Origin: Octopus vulgaris
Taxonomy: Eukaryota
Direction: 5' to 3'
NCBI GenBank assembly: GCA_951406725.2
Contig: OX597842.1
Coordinates: 1,426,001 to 1,490,000, forward strand
Length of the DNA: 64,000 nucleotides
Numbering within the stretch: position 1 is the first letter of the stretch; every line of letters begins with the position of its first letter. The notes under the pieces are model-generated. The model was not told the DNA's origin. It did no database searches and saw nothing but the letters and a program-made list of their open reading frames with translations. A program made the position numbers and the translations under genes. This document shows, one piece after another, positions 40,679-54,778 of this stretch.

Positions 40679-42072
40679 AAAACCACCATCGTGAACACCA
40701 TCACCACTACCATCACAATCATCATCAACGTCATCACTACTACCACCATCTCCACCACCAATGCCATCATAACCACCTCCTCCAACATCAACACCACCAC
40801 CACCACCACCACTACCACCATCACCTCCAACACTACAACTATAACCAGCACCAACATCATAATCACACCTACCACCACCACCACCACTACCACCTCAACT
40901 ACTACTACCATCACCACTACTACCACCAATGCCATCATAACCACCTCCTCCAACATCAACACCAACACCACCACTACCACTACCACCATCACCTCCAACA
41001 CTACAACTATAACCAGCACCAACATCATAATCACACCTACCACCACCACCATCACCACAACCACTACCACAACCACCTCAACTACTACTACCATCACCAT
41101 CATCATCAACATCACCACTACTACCACCAATGCCATCATAACCACCTCCTCCAAGATCAACACCACCACCACCACCATCACCACAACCACTACCACAACC
41201 ACCTCAACTACTACTACTACCATCACCATCATCATCAACATCACCACTACTACCACCAATGCCATCATAACCACCACCTTCAACATCAACACCACCACCA
41301 CCACCACAACCACTACCACCATCACCATCATCATCAACATCACCACTACTACCACCAATGCCATCATAACCACCTCCTCCGACACCAACACCACCACCAC
41401 CACCACCTCAACTACTACTACCATCACCATCATCATCAACATCACCACTACTACCACCAATGCCATCATAACCACCTCCTCCAACATCAACACGAACACC
41501 ACCACCACCACTACCACCTCCAACACTACAACTATAACCAGTACCAACATCATCGCCACCCACCACCACCACCACCACCGCAACCATCACCTCCAACACT
41601 ACAACTATAACCAGTACCAACATCATCACCACCCACCACCACCACAACCATCACCTCCAACACTACAACTATAACCAGCACCAACACCATCATCACCCAC
41701 CACCACTACCACTTCTTTGCTAATTTCCAAGACCAAGTCTTGGAGCCTTCCTGAGTCCTGGCTGGCCATTTTTAGCAATGAGATCTACCTTAATTGAGGT
41801 TAGGTATGATTTAGAAGCAAAGGGGTCAGTTGAGACTTGAAGGCAGAGAGGAAGGACATAGTGGACGCTACAATTGCCCTGTTGACCCTCGTTTGTCCCA
41901 TAAATGACCAACAAGCCAAAATATCCTGCTGCCTTTCTTATCTATATACATCAATATATATATACATGCATACATAGATTACAAACATACATACATATAC
42001 ATACATATGAGAGTATTACATAGATTTATAAACATATGGGAGTGTTTGTATGTGTATATATATATGTGTATG

Positions 42073-42107
<35 letters not shown>

Positions 42108-42312
42108 GTATGTATATATATATATATGTATGTATATATATATATATGTATGTATGTATATATGTATGTATGTATATATATATATGTATGTATGTATATA
42201 TGTATGTATGTATATATATATATGTATGTATGTATATATGTATGTATGTATGTATATATATATATATGTATGTATGTATATATGTATGTATGTATATATA
42301 TATATATGTATG

Positions 42313-42381
<69 letters not shown>

Positions 42382-42464
42382 GCAGATAAACAGACAAATA
42401 GATAGATAGATGTGTGTATGTATGTATATATCTAGCTGCCTGTCTCTCTCACTATACATATACA

Positions 42465-42514
<50 letters not shown>

Positions 42515-42519
42515 TATAT

Positions 42520-42568
<49 letters not shown>

Positions 42569-42702
42569 TATAGATACATAGATAGATACGTGTGCATGTA
42601 TATGTGTATATATGATTGCATATGACTGTTAAAATGCAATTAAACAGATGCTTATATAAAGACACACAAACCAAAATATGTATATAATCTATGTATATGT
42701 GC

Positions 42703-42754
<52 letters not shown>

Positions 42755-45489
42755 ATGCATGTGTTGTAAATGTTTGTGTGAGTATATCATATATGTATAT
42801 GGACAAATAATGTTTGTATGTATGCACACACATACTGATACATCCATCCATTCTTCCATCCATACATATATACACACATATATATACCTGCGTATGTGTG
42901 TATATATATATGTCGTTAAGAAAATTACAGCCACGAATCACATATATTATATCTTAACCATGTCTGCTTAAGTATTTAAGTCTTGTAACGATGATAGAGA
43001 CCAAAGTACTATTAGTAGTGTTGGCGGTGGTCATGGTGGTGTAAGTGGCAGTGGAATTGCTGGTGTCGTTGTTGTTGTTGTTGTTGTTGGTGTTTTGGAA
43101 ATATAGCTTTGGAAAATGTTGGTAATAAATCAAAATGAACTATGGCACCACATGCTGAGCTTCCAGCTTTTGTTGTTGTTGTTGCTGTTGTTGTTGTTGC
43201 CGGTATTGTTGTTGTTGTTGTTATCATTACTGGTGGTGGTGGTGGTGGTAGTGTCGATGATACCTACAGCTGCTCTAACTATAAGTTTCTACCACCACCA
43301 CCACCACCACAACGACCATCACCACCACCACCACCACAACCATCATCACCACCACGACTATCACCACAACCACCACCAGCACAACGACCATCATCACCAT
43401 CACCACCACCACAACCAGCATCACCACCACCACCACAACGACTATCACCACCACCACGACTATCACCACAACGACCACCACCACAACCAGCATCACCACC
43501 ACCACAACCACCACTACCATGACTATCACCACGACTATCACCACAACGACCACCACCACAACCATCACCACCACCACCACCACCATATCTGTACCTTATT
43601 TCTACTCATTTCTTTCCTTTTCCAATTCTTCTCTTATTCTTCATCCTCATCCACTTCTTATTCTTCTCCTTCTCCTCATCCCTGCTTCATCTTCTAATTC
43701 TTCTATTTCTTCTTCTTCTACTACTCCTTCTTCTTTCTTTTCCAACTCTTCTTCCTTCTTATTCTTCCTTTTCTTCATTTCTTTCCTTTTCCAGTTCTTC
43801 TAATTATTCTGCTTCTTCTTCTGCTCCTTCTGGTTCTTTTTCCTTCTTATTCTTCTTCAATTCTTTCCTTTTCCAGTTCTTCTTCCTCCTCCTCTTCCCA
43901 TTCTTCTACATCAAGTTTTTCTTCTTTTTCCAATTCTTCTCCTTCTAATTCTTTATCCAACCTTCTTCTTCTCTTCTCCTTCTTCTACTTCTTCTTCTTC
44001 TTCAAATTCTACTACTACTACCTCTTCTTTTTCCATTCTCCTCCTCCTCCTTTTTTCTTTCATTCTCCTCTTCTCCCTCATTTCTCTTCTTTCCTTGTCT
44101 CCCTCCTTCATTCTCTTTCCATTGTCCTATACATTCATCCTCTTCTTTCCTTCATTCTTCTCATCCTTCTCTTCATCTTCTGCCTCAGCCTTAATTCTCC
44201 TCCTCTTCAACCATTTCATCTGCTCTCATCCTTTTCCTCCATTCTCTTCTCATATCTTTTCAATTACTGCTACATTTTCGACCCACCACCACCCAGTACT
44301 CTTCCACTTCAGCATCCCCCTTTCCCTCATCATTCCCCACTACTACAAAACCCACCACCACCACCACCACCATCATATATATTATCATCATCAACATTGT
44401 TACCGCCATCATCATCATCATCATCACTACCACCATCACCTCCACCGCTAAAACCATCTTCATCACCACTATTTCCATTACCACCACCACTACCACAACC
44501 ATTATCATCATCATCATCAACATCACTACCACCATCACCTCCACCTCTACAATCATCATCATCATTACTCCACCACCACCACCACCTATGACCACTATTC
44601 CTATTATCACAACCACCATTACCATTACCACCACCACCACCACCACAACCATCATCATCATCACTACCAACATCACCTCCACTGCTACAACCATCTTCAT
44701 CATTACTCCACCACCACTATTCCCATTAACACCACCACCATCATCACTACCACAACCACAACCACCATCATCATCATCATCATCACCACTATCGCTACAA
44801 CCATCTTCATCATCACTCCACCACCACCACCACTACCACAACCATCATCATCATCATCATCATCATCACCACCACCATCACCTCCACCGCTACAACCACC
44901 TTCCTCATCACTCCACCACCACCACCACTACCACAACCATCATCATCATCATCATCATCATCACCACCACCATCACCTCCACCGCTACAACCACCTTCAT
45001 CACTCCACCACCACCACTATGACCACTATTCCCATTAACACCACCACCACCACCACCACCACAACCACATCACACCACCACCACACACCACCATCATCAT
45101 CACCACCACCACAACCAACATCATCACCACCACCACCACAACCACCATCATCACCACCACCACCACCATCATCACCACCACCATCACAACCATCATCCTC
45201 AACACCACCACCACAACCATCCACCACCACAACTAACATCATCACCACCACCACCATCACAACCATCATCCTCACCACCACAACCAACATCATCACCACC
45301 ACCACCATCACAACCATCATCCTCACCACCACCACCACAACCATCATCATCACCACCACAATCATCATCATCACTCCACCACCACCACCACAACGACCAC
45401 TATTCCCATTAACACCATCACCACCACCACCACCACCATCACATCACCTTCCTCTAGTTACGGAAATAAAAATAAAACAAAAAAACCTT

Positions 45490-45700
45490 TAACCCCTTCC
45501 GCCTGCCAATTTAAAGTAACCCGAGCTTGTTATCGACACCATTTTATTTCCCCTTTTTGCGGTGGTTCGTTCATTATAACACTTTTTTTTACGCTTAGCT
45601 GCATTCATTTCGATTGGTCGACAGAAAAAGTGGTTAACCAATAAACTCATGCCTTGCGGGCATCTATCGACCAATCAGATTTGCTTGCCTATTTCCAGTA
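45490..45700. promoter_or_regulatory. Unique CpG-containing island with clustered CCAAT motifs (candidate regulatory element)
   Basis: gccaat ~45505, gattgg ~45612, accaat ~45637, gaccaatcag ~45669, between low-complexity tracts. Confidence 0.3.
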
Positions 45701-46152
45701 ATATTATTAGAGTTCAGTGTTTCGTGAAAAGACTAAATCGAATTTATTTCAAAGACAATATGTAACTATCTTGTAGGAATAGTAACTGATATATATGTCT
45801 GTCGGTCTATTTGTGAATCTGTCTATCTGCATCTGGCTGTCTATTGACTTGCTGGTCAATCCATCTATATATTTATCTATCAGTTTGTGTCCCTGTTTAT
45901 CTGTCTACCTGTCCATTCATCTGTGTCTATATTTGGTTGTTTATCTATCTGTTGATCTATCTATCTATTTATATATCTCCGTATTTATTTATCTCTCTGT
46001 CTGTCCGTCTGTCTTTATTTTTTCAGTTTATCTATCTTTTTATAGCTGTCTATCTATCTATCTCTCTCTCTATCCATCATTCTATCTATCTAATCTATCC
46101 ATCTATCTATCTATCTATCCATCCATCTATCTCCCTATCTATCTATCCTTCC

Positions 46153-46207
<55 letters not shown>

Positions 46208-46571
46208 AGCTGTGTCTGTCTCCCTATCACTCCATCTGTCTGCTTGCCTGTCTATTAGTTAATCTGTGTTTCTATCTATCTATCTCTGACTCTCTCTCCC
46301 TCTCTCTGTTTAGTCTACCAACTTGTCTATGTCTGTGTCTCTATCAATGCATCTAGCTAGCTATCTGTTTACATGCCATGATCTCTATCTACCTATCTTT
46401 CTATCTATCTATATCAATCTCTCTATCTCTCTATCTATCTGCATATCTATCTTTTTACATATCTATCGATCTATCTGCATCTCTATAAGTCTATCAACCT
46501 GTATATCTATCTATCTTCTCTATCTATCTACCTACCTACCTTCTTTCATATCTATCTATCTATCTATCATA

Positions 46572-46975
46572 GACACAGGAGTGGCTGTGTGGTAAGTAGC
46601 TTGCTTAACAATCACATGGTTCTGGGTTCAGTCCCACTGTGTGGCACCTTGGGCAAATGTCTTCTATTATAGCCTTGGGCTGAAAAAAGCCTTGTAAGTG
46701 GATTTGGTAGATAGAAACTGAAAGAAGCCCATTGTATATATGTATATATACATATGTGTATATTGTGTGTATATGTTTGTGTGTCTGTGTTTGTCCCAAC
46801 ATTGCTTGACAACCAATGCTGGTGTGCTTACGTCCCCATAACTTAGCGGTTCAGCAAAAGAGACCAATAGAATAAGTACTAGGCTTACAAAGAATAAGTC
46901 CGGGGGTTAATTTGCTTGACTAAAGGCGGTGCTCCAGCATGGCCACAGTCAAATGACTGAAACATGTAAAAGAGT
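46572..46975 (+). mobile_element. SINE family A copy
   Basis: Full-length match to family A. Confidence 0.9.
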
Positions 46976-47024
46976 ATCTACCTTTCTGTATGTCTATCTA
47001 TCTATCTATTTATCGATCAATCGC

Positions 47025-47275
47025 AGGTACAAGATTGCCCAGCCTGGTGAAGTTGCACCCACAGAAGTTTCCACAATCCTACAAACAGAACAGGTTTGCA
47101 GGGGGACAAAGAAAATTGCAAACTGCATGGGTTTAGAGCCAACTCCTTGTCTTCAGTTCTAACAGACCACCAGTGCTTGACTTGCAACGAGACCTTCCAA
47201 CAAGAACTGATCAGCTACAGCCAGACACACTGTGCACCATCTTCTTCTCCCATGTGATGTCTTTGCTCATCATTG
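47025..47275 (+). pseudogene. 3' end of an RTE LINE with decayed C2H2 finger
   Basis: QDCPAW*S...RANSLSSVLTDHQCLTCNETFQQELISYSQTH. Confidence 0.6.
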
Positions 47276-47448
47276 ACAAATAAATAATCTGTGTGTGTGT
47301 GTGTATAAGTGAGCATATATATATATATATATACATACATATACATAAGAGCATCCAATAACACTATACTTGTTTCACGTCCTCGTGGTGTTGCGTGTTC
47401 TCTTTGTTTTCATGTTTGGATTAACTACATATATATATATATATATAA

Positions 47449-47719
47449 AAAGTGGTTGTATAAGGTCAACAAAACCTGACAGTCCCGTAGAGGGAATTAC
47501 ACCACCGCTATATAGCCCCTGGGAAGCATCGATGCTCCCTGTCGGCTTTGATATATTTTCTGTGTCCTTATATTCGCATTGCCTCCCCTTTGCGAAAATA
47601 AGGACACAGGAAATGTGTGAAGGCCGACAGGAAGCGTTGATGCTTCCTAGGGCTAAACAGCGGTGGTGTAATTCCCTTTACGGGACTGTCACATTATGTT
47701 GACTTTATACAACCACTTT
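47449..47719 (+). repeat. Long imperfect hairpin, ~130-bp arms, 12-nt loop
   Basis: 47449-47578 pairs with 47591-47719; 17 substitutions and 1 bulge by manual count. Confidence 0.95.
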
Positions 47720-47781
47720 ATCGCCCCACCACTGCTCATGTCTCTTTGAGACACTTAGAAATTCATTATTTCTAATATATA

Positions 47782-47824
<43 letters not shown>

Positions 47825-47992
47825 TTTTACACTTTTATCTGTTTCAATCATTTGATTGTGGCCATGCTGGAGCACTGCATTTAGTCGAGCAAATCGACCC
47901 CAGGACTTATTCTTTGTAAGCCTGGTACTTATCCTATCGGTCTCTTTTGCCGAACTGCTAAGTTACGGGGATGTAAACACACCAGCATCGGT

Positions 47993-49066
47993 TTTAATTC
48001 TAATAGTGCCAGCAACACTTTGCAAAATATAAATTCTTTACGGACCAAGGGAAGTAAGCGCCGTTCAACCCCAAATTTTCAACCCAGTAATTTTCCCCTT
48101 ACTTTCACAAATAACTCTACGTACAAGTCAAAGGCCACTAAGAACTGTATCTGGTTCGTAATACCTTTCGGTAAACAAATTAAATCGAACCTTCCCTTAC
48201 AGTTCCGTGAAGCCGTCGCTAGGAACTTTTACAGAAATTCTAGATAATATTCTACTATCAATTCCCACATAGTAAGAATCGCCTTCTCTAACACTAGAAA
48301 TCTTTCACAAATTATATCTTCTCACAATACCAAGCTGATAAATAGAGATTCTTCACCCTGGAGTTCCAACATAAATCTTACTAATTCCAACCCATCATAC
48401 AGTCATACTAATAGGATTAGTATTAATATTAATAGCAATGATAGTAGCGATATTGTTAACATTGATAATATTAATAATAGTATCAGTCGTGTTAATAGCA
48501 ATGGTAATGTTGATAGTGATAACAATAACGGAGAAATTAATGATTGTATTACCATTAATAATACTAACAATAATACGAATAGTGGAGCTGCTAGCGCTAA
48601 TAATAATAGTAACAACAATCATAGCAATAAAAACTTCGTTTCGATCTCGGAGGACAACCCCAACAGAATTAGATTTTTGTCTAGTAATTCTAAGATCGAG
48701 AATATTATTTACCAGTGTGGAATCTCCTCTGGTACCGATGTCTTCTTCTATATAGGAGCGTCCTCTTCCCAGTTATCCAAGAGAATTTCAAACCACTATT
48801 CAACATTCAGGGATAGTAAAAAACGACATAGTACAGGGCTAAGTAAATTAGTTTGGCATCTTAAAGACAATACTATAGATTTCAAGTTAGATTGGTTCAT
48901 ACTGTCTGTATCCTTACCTTTTGACAAGGGCAGGAGATTTTGTAACATGTGCAACTCTGAGCTCTTCCATATCCTCTTCTCTAAGGTTCCCCTTGTAAAC
49001 ACACTCATAGAGAAATCCTATAAATGTAAGCACTGGCAGAAACATACTTTTTACTCTTACAAATGA
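47993..49066 (+). pseudogene. Penelope-like element ORF, 3' half (post-RT region, Asn-rich linker, GIY-YIG endonuclease), probably Naiad-type
   Basis: ORFs 48020 and 48677 share one frame with a single TAA at 48245; motifs IWFVIPF..IKSN, VRIAFSNTRNLSQIISSHNTKLI, NIIYQC, FYIGAS, KRISNH, STGLSKLVWHLK, CNMCNSE, KCKH. Confidence 0.88.
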
Positions 49067-49344
49067 TTATGATAGCCATCGTGCTTTGAACAATTAGCTT
49101 AACATACACTCCACTTCAATAGTGAAATTCTTTCCTAAGCCTTAGAACATTCTTAATCAACATACCCTTCCCTTTCCACTGGTTCCCAACCAATCATTCC
49201 TTTAACCCTTCTCTTCCTATTATCTAACTTTGACATCAATTCTTCTAACGGTTTTTTTTAAAAAATCACTTATTGTCGTTTTGTTTACCATGTAGGCAGT
49301 CATCGAAATTTTTGTTTGTCTTGTTGTTGAGAGAGGCTCCCTTT

Positions 49345-49425
49345 CTTTCCTGATGAGAAGATTGCATCATACACCTTTATTCCTTTGGAATGAAACCATG
49401 TGGTCTTCGAAACATATGTCGGGAG
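49345..49425 (+). ncRNA. Type I hammerhead ribozyme in the PLE 3' region (pLTR)
   Basis: CUUUC-CUGAUGA-GAAGAU...GUCUUC-GAAAC-AUAU-GUC-GGGAG; canonical core, palindromic ACAUAUGU stem III, predicted cleavage after 49420. Confidence 0.85.
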
Positions 49426-49467
49426 TAAAGGAATTTTGTTAACATCTTCGTTCGACTCCATTCTTTC

Positions 49468-49511
<44 letters not shown>

Positions 49512-49659
49512 ATTTATATATAGATATAGGCGTAGGCATGGTTCCGGGTTCAATCCCACTGTGTGACACCTTGGGCAAGTGCCTTCTACTATAACCTCGG
49601 ATTGACCAAAGCCTTGTGAGTGGATTTGGTAGAGGGAAGCTGAAAACAATATTCCATTC

Positions 49660-50885
49660 TCTCACCCCTTGTCTATCACACACACACTCTCCTTTTCTCT
49701 CTCTCCCACTCTAAACCAATCTCTCTTCCTTTCTCTCACCCCTCTCTATCACTCTCTCTCCCCCTTTCTCTCTTCCATCTCTATCACATATACTTTCTTT
49801 CTCTTTTCCCCCTCTCTATCACACACACACACAAACTTTCTCTCCCCATCTCTCTATCAATCTTTCTTCCCCTCTCACCCTCTCTCTCTATCATATACAC
49901 CCTCTCCTTTTCTCTCTCTCTCTACACCAATCTTTCTTCCTTTCTCCCACCCTCTCTCCCTTTCTCTCTTCCACCTCTATCATATACACTTTCTCTTTTC
50001 CCCCCTCTGTATCATACACACACACACACAAACTTTCTCTCCTCCTCTCTGTCACCCACATACACCCTCTCCCTATCTCTCTCTAAACCAATCTTTCTTC
50101 CTTTCTCTCACCCCCTCTATCACTCTCTCTCCTCCTTTCTCTCTTCCACCTCTATCACATACACTTTCTTTCTCTTTCCTCCTCTCTATCATACACAAAC
50201 TTTCTCTCCCCTTCTGTCACCCACACACACCCTCTCCTTATCTCTCTCTCTCGCCCCCTCTTTAAACCAATCTTTCTTCCTTTCTCTCACCCCCTCTATC
50301 ACTCTCTCTCTTCCCCACTTTAAACCTATTTCTTTACTACCCACAAGGGGCTAAACACAGAGGAAACAAACAAGGACATACAGACGGATTAAGTCAATTA
50401 TGTCGACCCCCAGTGCGTAACTGGTACTTATTTAATCGACCCCGAAAGGATGAAAGGCAAAGTCGACCTCGGCGGAATTTGAACCCAGAACGTAACAGCA
50501 GACGAAATACAGCTACGCACTTCGCCCGGCGTGCTAACGGTTCTGCCAGCTCGCCACCTTTCCCCACTTAAACCAATCTTTCTTCCTTTCTCTTACCCCC
50601 TCTATCACTCTCTCTCTCCCCCTCTTTAAACCAATCTTTCTTCCTTTCTCTTACCCCCTCTATCACTCTCTCTCTCCCCCTCTTTAAACCAATATTTCTT
50701 CCTTTCTCTCACCCCCTCTATCACTCTCTTCCCCTTTCTCTCTTCCACCTCTATCACATACACATCAACACACAAACTTTCTCTCCCCCTCTCTATCACC
50801 CCTACACACTCTCCTTATTTCTCCCCCCACCCCCGTCATTAAACCAATCCTTCTTCCTCTCTCACCATCTACTCCCACCTCTCCT
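49660..50885. repeat. CT-rich degenerate minisatellite with a SINE B (-) inserted at 50325-50560
   Basis: Recurring aaaccaatctttcttcctttctctcaccccctctatcactctct; TSD-like ttccccactt(t)aaacc around the SINE. Confidence 0.85.
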
Positions 50886-51139
50886 CCAACCATAAACCAC
50901 CACCATTATCTCTCAGAAGGGAATATCTTTATGTTGTCAACCAGGTTTAATATTGAACTAAAACAATTCACAGACCCCCTACCCTGCTACCCCCTACACC
51001 CTCCATTCCATATCCCAGCATGCACCAGGCCCTTGTAATTCCCAGACCCTATACTTTTTGAGCGGGGTTGTTGCCATTTTTGCTTTTGTCATTTCAGCTT
51101 TTATATCTACTTCCTTTAATGTGTGTGTGTGTATGTGTA

Positions 51140-51186
<47 letters not shown>

Positions 51187-51854
51187 CTTTGTATACCTTT
51201 GCATGTATGTGTATGCGTTTGCGTGTGCATATGTATGTTTGTGTGAGTGTCTCTATGTATGTTCTGTATGTGTGCCCATGCAAGTATGTGTATGTATGTT
51301 CTGTATGGGTGTATGTCTGTAAGTGTATGTTTGTATATGTATGTGTGTATATATGTATGCATGTGTGAGTGTGTATATATATATATATGTGTGTGTGCAT
51401 GTGTTGTGTGTGTTTATGTGTGTATGTTTGGCTATGTGTACATATATATATACATATGTATGCATGTGTGTATGTTTTTGTGTATACATATGCTTGGTGT
51501 ATATATATATATATATATAAGTATGTGTATGTGCATGTGTATTTTTATATGTGTGTGTATACATATGTATGGGTATGTGGACATGTATGTTTGTGTGTAC
51601 TTGTGAGTGTGTGTGTGTATGTGCTTTCTTAGGTGTATATGTGTTTGTGTGTGTATGTCTAAGTATATAGGTATGCATGTATATTTGTACGTATGCATGC
51701 ATGTGTATGTATGTATGTATGTATGTGTGTATAAGTGTGTGTGAATGTACATAAGCTTGTGTGTGGTTTGTGGATGGATGTGTCTGCACATACATGTATG
51801 GATGTATGTACATATATATTCGCAGATGTGTGTGTGAGTGTGTGTGTATGTATG

Positions 51855-51911
<57 letters not shown>

Positions 51912-52939
51912 ATATATATACACAAGGATATCTTTAGATGTGTGTGTGTGTCTACAGGAGTGTATGTGTGTTTGTGTATTTGCAGATGTATATGTATATA
52001 TTAATTCATCTGTGCACACACACACATAGAAGAAGAATGCAAATGGGGTTTAAAACTGATTCCAGCTATTTCTGTAGAATTTTATTGATGTATTCATGGA
52101 TTACATCATAGCATAATTCCACTGTCTTCAGGTAAAATTTTAAACAGGTATAAACAGATGAGATAATACCTTGATGACCTACTCAACAACCAGCATCCAA
52201 TATGATGATACAAATATATATATATAAAACGGTTCAAAAGTATAAAGCATTATGATGAGATTAAAGGAAAACTGTATTAGGTTTACGCTCAGGAAAAATA
52301 GAAGGGAAAGTCTTTTATGTTTCTAGTATATGCTCTTCTAAAGGAAAAATAGATGAGGTGAGACAGAAAAGATGGGAAAACAACAAATATGTCTCAATAA
52401 GATGGTCACCGCATACTGAAATGACTTGAAGAAGAAGAGGTTGCTAGAGACATGAGTAGCAAGGTGGACGATTGTGAGAGGTAATTTGAGGCATGGGTAG
52501 CAAGGGGGATAACTGGGAACCTGGTATATGTGCGTGAGCAAGCGAATGAGTGTGTATGAAGCTATGTGTGTGTATACTCTGCATTTATGCATGTGCATAT
52601 ATGTGTATGCATGCATGTGTGTCTGTGTGTTCATGTTTACTGTTTATGTGTGAGAGGCTATCTGATGTGTGTGGATGTACCTGGCTATCTGAAGTTTGCA
52701 TGTATCTGTAACACACAAGTATAAAAACACACACACATATGGACATACATCCACAGACTTATGTACACATGTCTGCACGTATATCAATAGGGGATGTTTC
52801 ATGAGTGAATGTGATATTTGCTTGTATTTTCAGGGATGTATAACTATTTGTGCATATCAATGTAATTGCTTCCTTTTGTTGTAGTTGAGCATGTTTGGTG
52901 TGTTTGTATGGGTATGCATGCATGTATGTATGTAGATGT

Positions 52940-53412
52940 TTGCTTGCGAAGACCTGTTGGGGCAAGTGAAATCGGAATCGAAATTGAACCAATCCTATGA
53001 CTGGCACCCGGCAGATGCCAGGACCCCTGGACTGGTGGTACGTAAAAAGCACTATCCGAATCGTGGCCGATGCCAGCGCTGCCTCGACTGGCTTCCGTGT
53101 CGGTGGCACGTAAAAAGCACCATCTGAATCGTGGCCGAAGCCAGTGCCGCGTCGACTGGCTTCCGTTCCGGTGGCACATAAAATACACCAATCCGACCGT
53201 GGCTGATGCCAGCCTCGCCTGGCACCAGTGCAGGTGGCACGTAAAAAGCACCCACTACACTCACGGAGTGGTTGGCATTAGGAAGGGCATCCAGCTGTAG
53301 AAACACTGCTAGATAAGACTGGAGCCTGGTGCAGCCTTCTGGCTTCCCAGATCCCCGGTCGAACCGTCCAACCCATGCTAGCATGGAAAGCGGACGTTAA
53401 ACGATGATGATG
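52940..53412 (+). mobile_element. Family D element with four internal units of 55-68 bp
   Basis: Units gccag..ctggc-ttccgtgccggtggcacgtaaaaagcacc-atccgaatcgtggccga; fragments also at 27195-27362 and 63896-64000. Confidence 0.8.
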
Positions 53413-53806
53413 ATCATCATCATCATCATTAAGGTGACAAGCTGGCAGAATTGTTAGCATGCTGGGTAAAATACTTAGTGGCATTTCGTCTGTTTCTTTA
53501 TGTTCTGAGTTCAAATTCTACTGAGGTTAACTTTGGATTTCATTCTTTTGGGGTCGATAAATTAAGTGCCAGTGAAACACTGGGGTGAAATTAACTGACC
53601 TATCCCTTCCCAAAAAATTTCAGCCCTTGTGCCTATAGTAGAAAGAATTTTTATCATCATCACCACCACCACCACAAATATCATCATCATCGCCATCATC
53701 ATCATCTTCATCATCGCCATCATCACCACCATATCATCATCATCATCATCATTATAGTCCAACCCATGCTAGCATGGAAACCGGACGTTAAATGATGATG
53801 ATTATT

Positions 53807-53853
<47 letters not shown>

Positions 53854-54005
53854 TATCATTATTATTATCATTATTATTATCATTATTGTTATTATTATTA
53901 CTATTATCATTATTATTATTATTATCATTATTATTATCATTATTATTATTATCATTATTATTATCATTATTGTTATTATTATTATTACTATTATCATCAT
54001 TATTA

Positions 54006-54036
<31 letters not shown>

Positions 54037-54367
54037 TATTATTATTATCATTATTATTATCATTATTGTTATTATTATTACTATTATCATTATTGTTATT
54101 ATTATCATTATTATTATTATTATTATTATAGACGTTGCACAGTATACAATATCATGTTGTTGTTGATTGAAGATATTGTATCTACCAGGGGATTGTACTG
54201 TCTGTCAAGTCACAACAAGGACCTCAAACAGACAGTACTTTACACAATATACATGAAGTTCAAAGTAATGTCAACTTTTGCAATACATCTAGATTATAGG
54301 GTTTCTTTATGGTTTCCAGATGTTTTTTCAGGTTGGATGTTATTGAACCCAATGCTCTAATAACATT

Positions 54368-54739
54368 ATAAAGGGACCTTTATGTTTGACTCTCGTAGCT
54401 GCCACATCTTAGCGATCTCAATTCTCAGGTCTCCACATTTATCAATATTTTCTCTTTCTTTCATGATGATATGTTGATCTGGCACTGCCACAGCGATTAT
54501 TAGGCCCTCTTGTTTGTCCCTCCTAAAGGTTACTATATCCAGCCTTCGGTGCTCTAACACCTTGTCTGTCCAGAAATCAGAGTCCTAGAAGATTTTTGCC
54601 TTCCCCTTTTCGTCCATTACCTTTTCCGGTGTATGTTGGTACCAAGCATCCATAACCTCATATCCATACTTACAGCATAGTAGCCAGTGGAGGTTTGGGG
54701 CTACATTGTCATGTCGATGCTTGTACTCTTTCTGTGAAA

Positions 54740-54740
<1 letters not shown>
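54368..54740 (-). pseudogene. Second R4/Dong-like endonuclease fragment
   Basis: QKEYKHRHDNVAPNLHWLLC..YG...WYQHTPEKV...TDKVLEHRRLDIV...IIAVAVPD...KIDKY-like motif. Confidence 0.8.
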
Positions 54741-54777
<37 letters not shown>

Positions 54778-54778
54778 G

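Noticed and set aside
40391-41674. 427-aa Thr-rich, mucin-like ORF
   Set aside because: Starts inside a SINE array and continues through trinucleotide repeats that are open in several frames on both strands
41720-41935. Unique GC-richer segment with a 64-aa ORF
   Set aside because: No recognisable motif; probably a decayed LINE fragment
48245-48247. Selenocysteine readthrough in the PLE ORF
   Set aside because: The in-frame stop is TAA, not TGA
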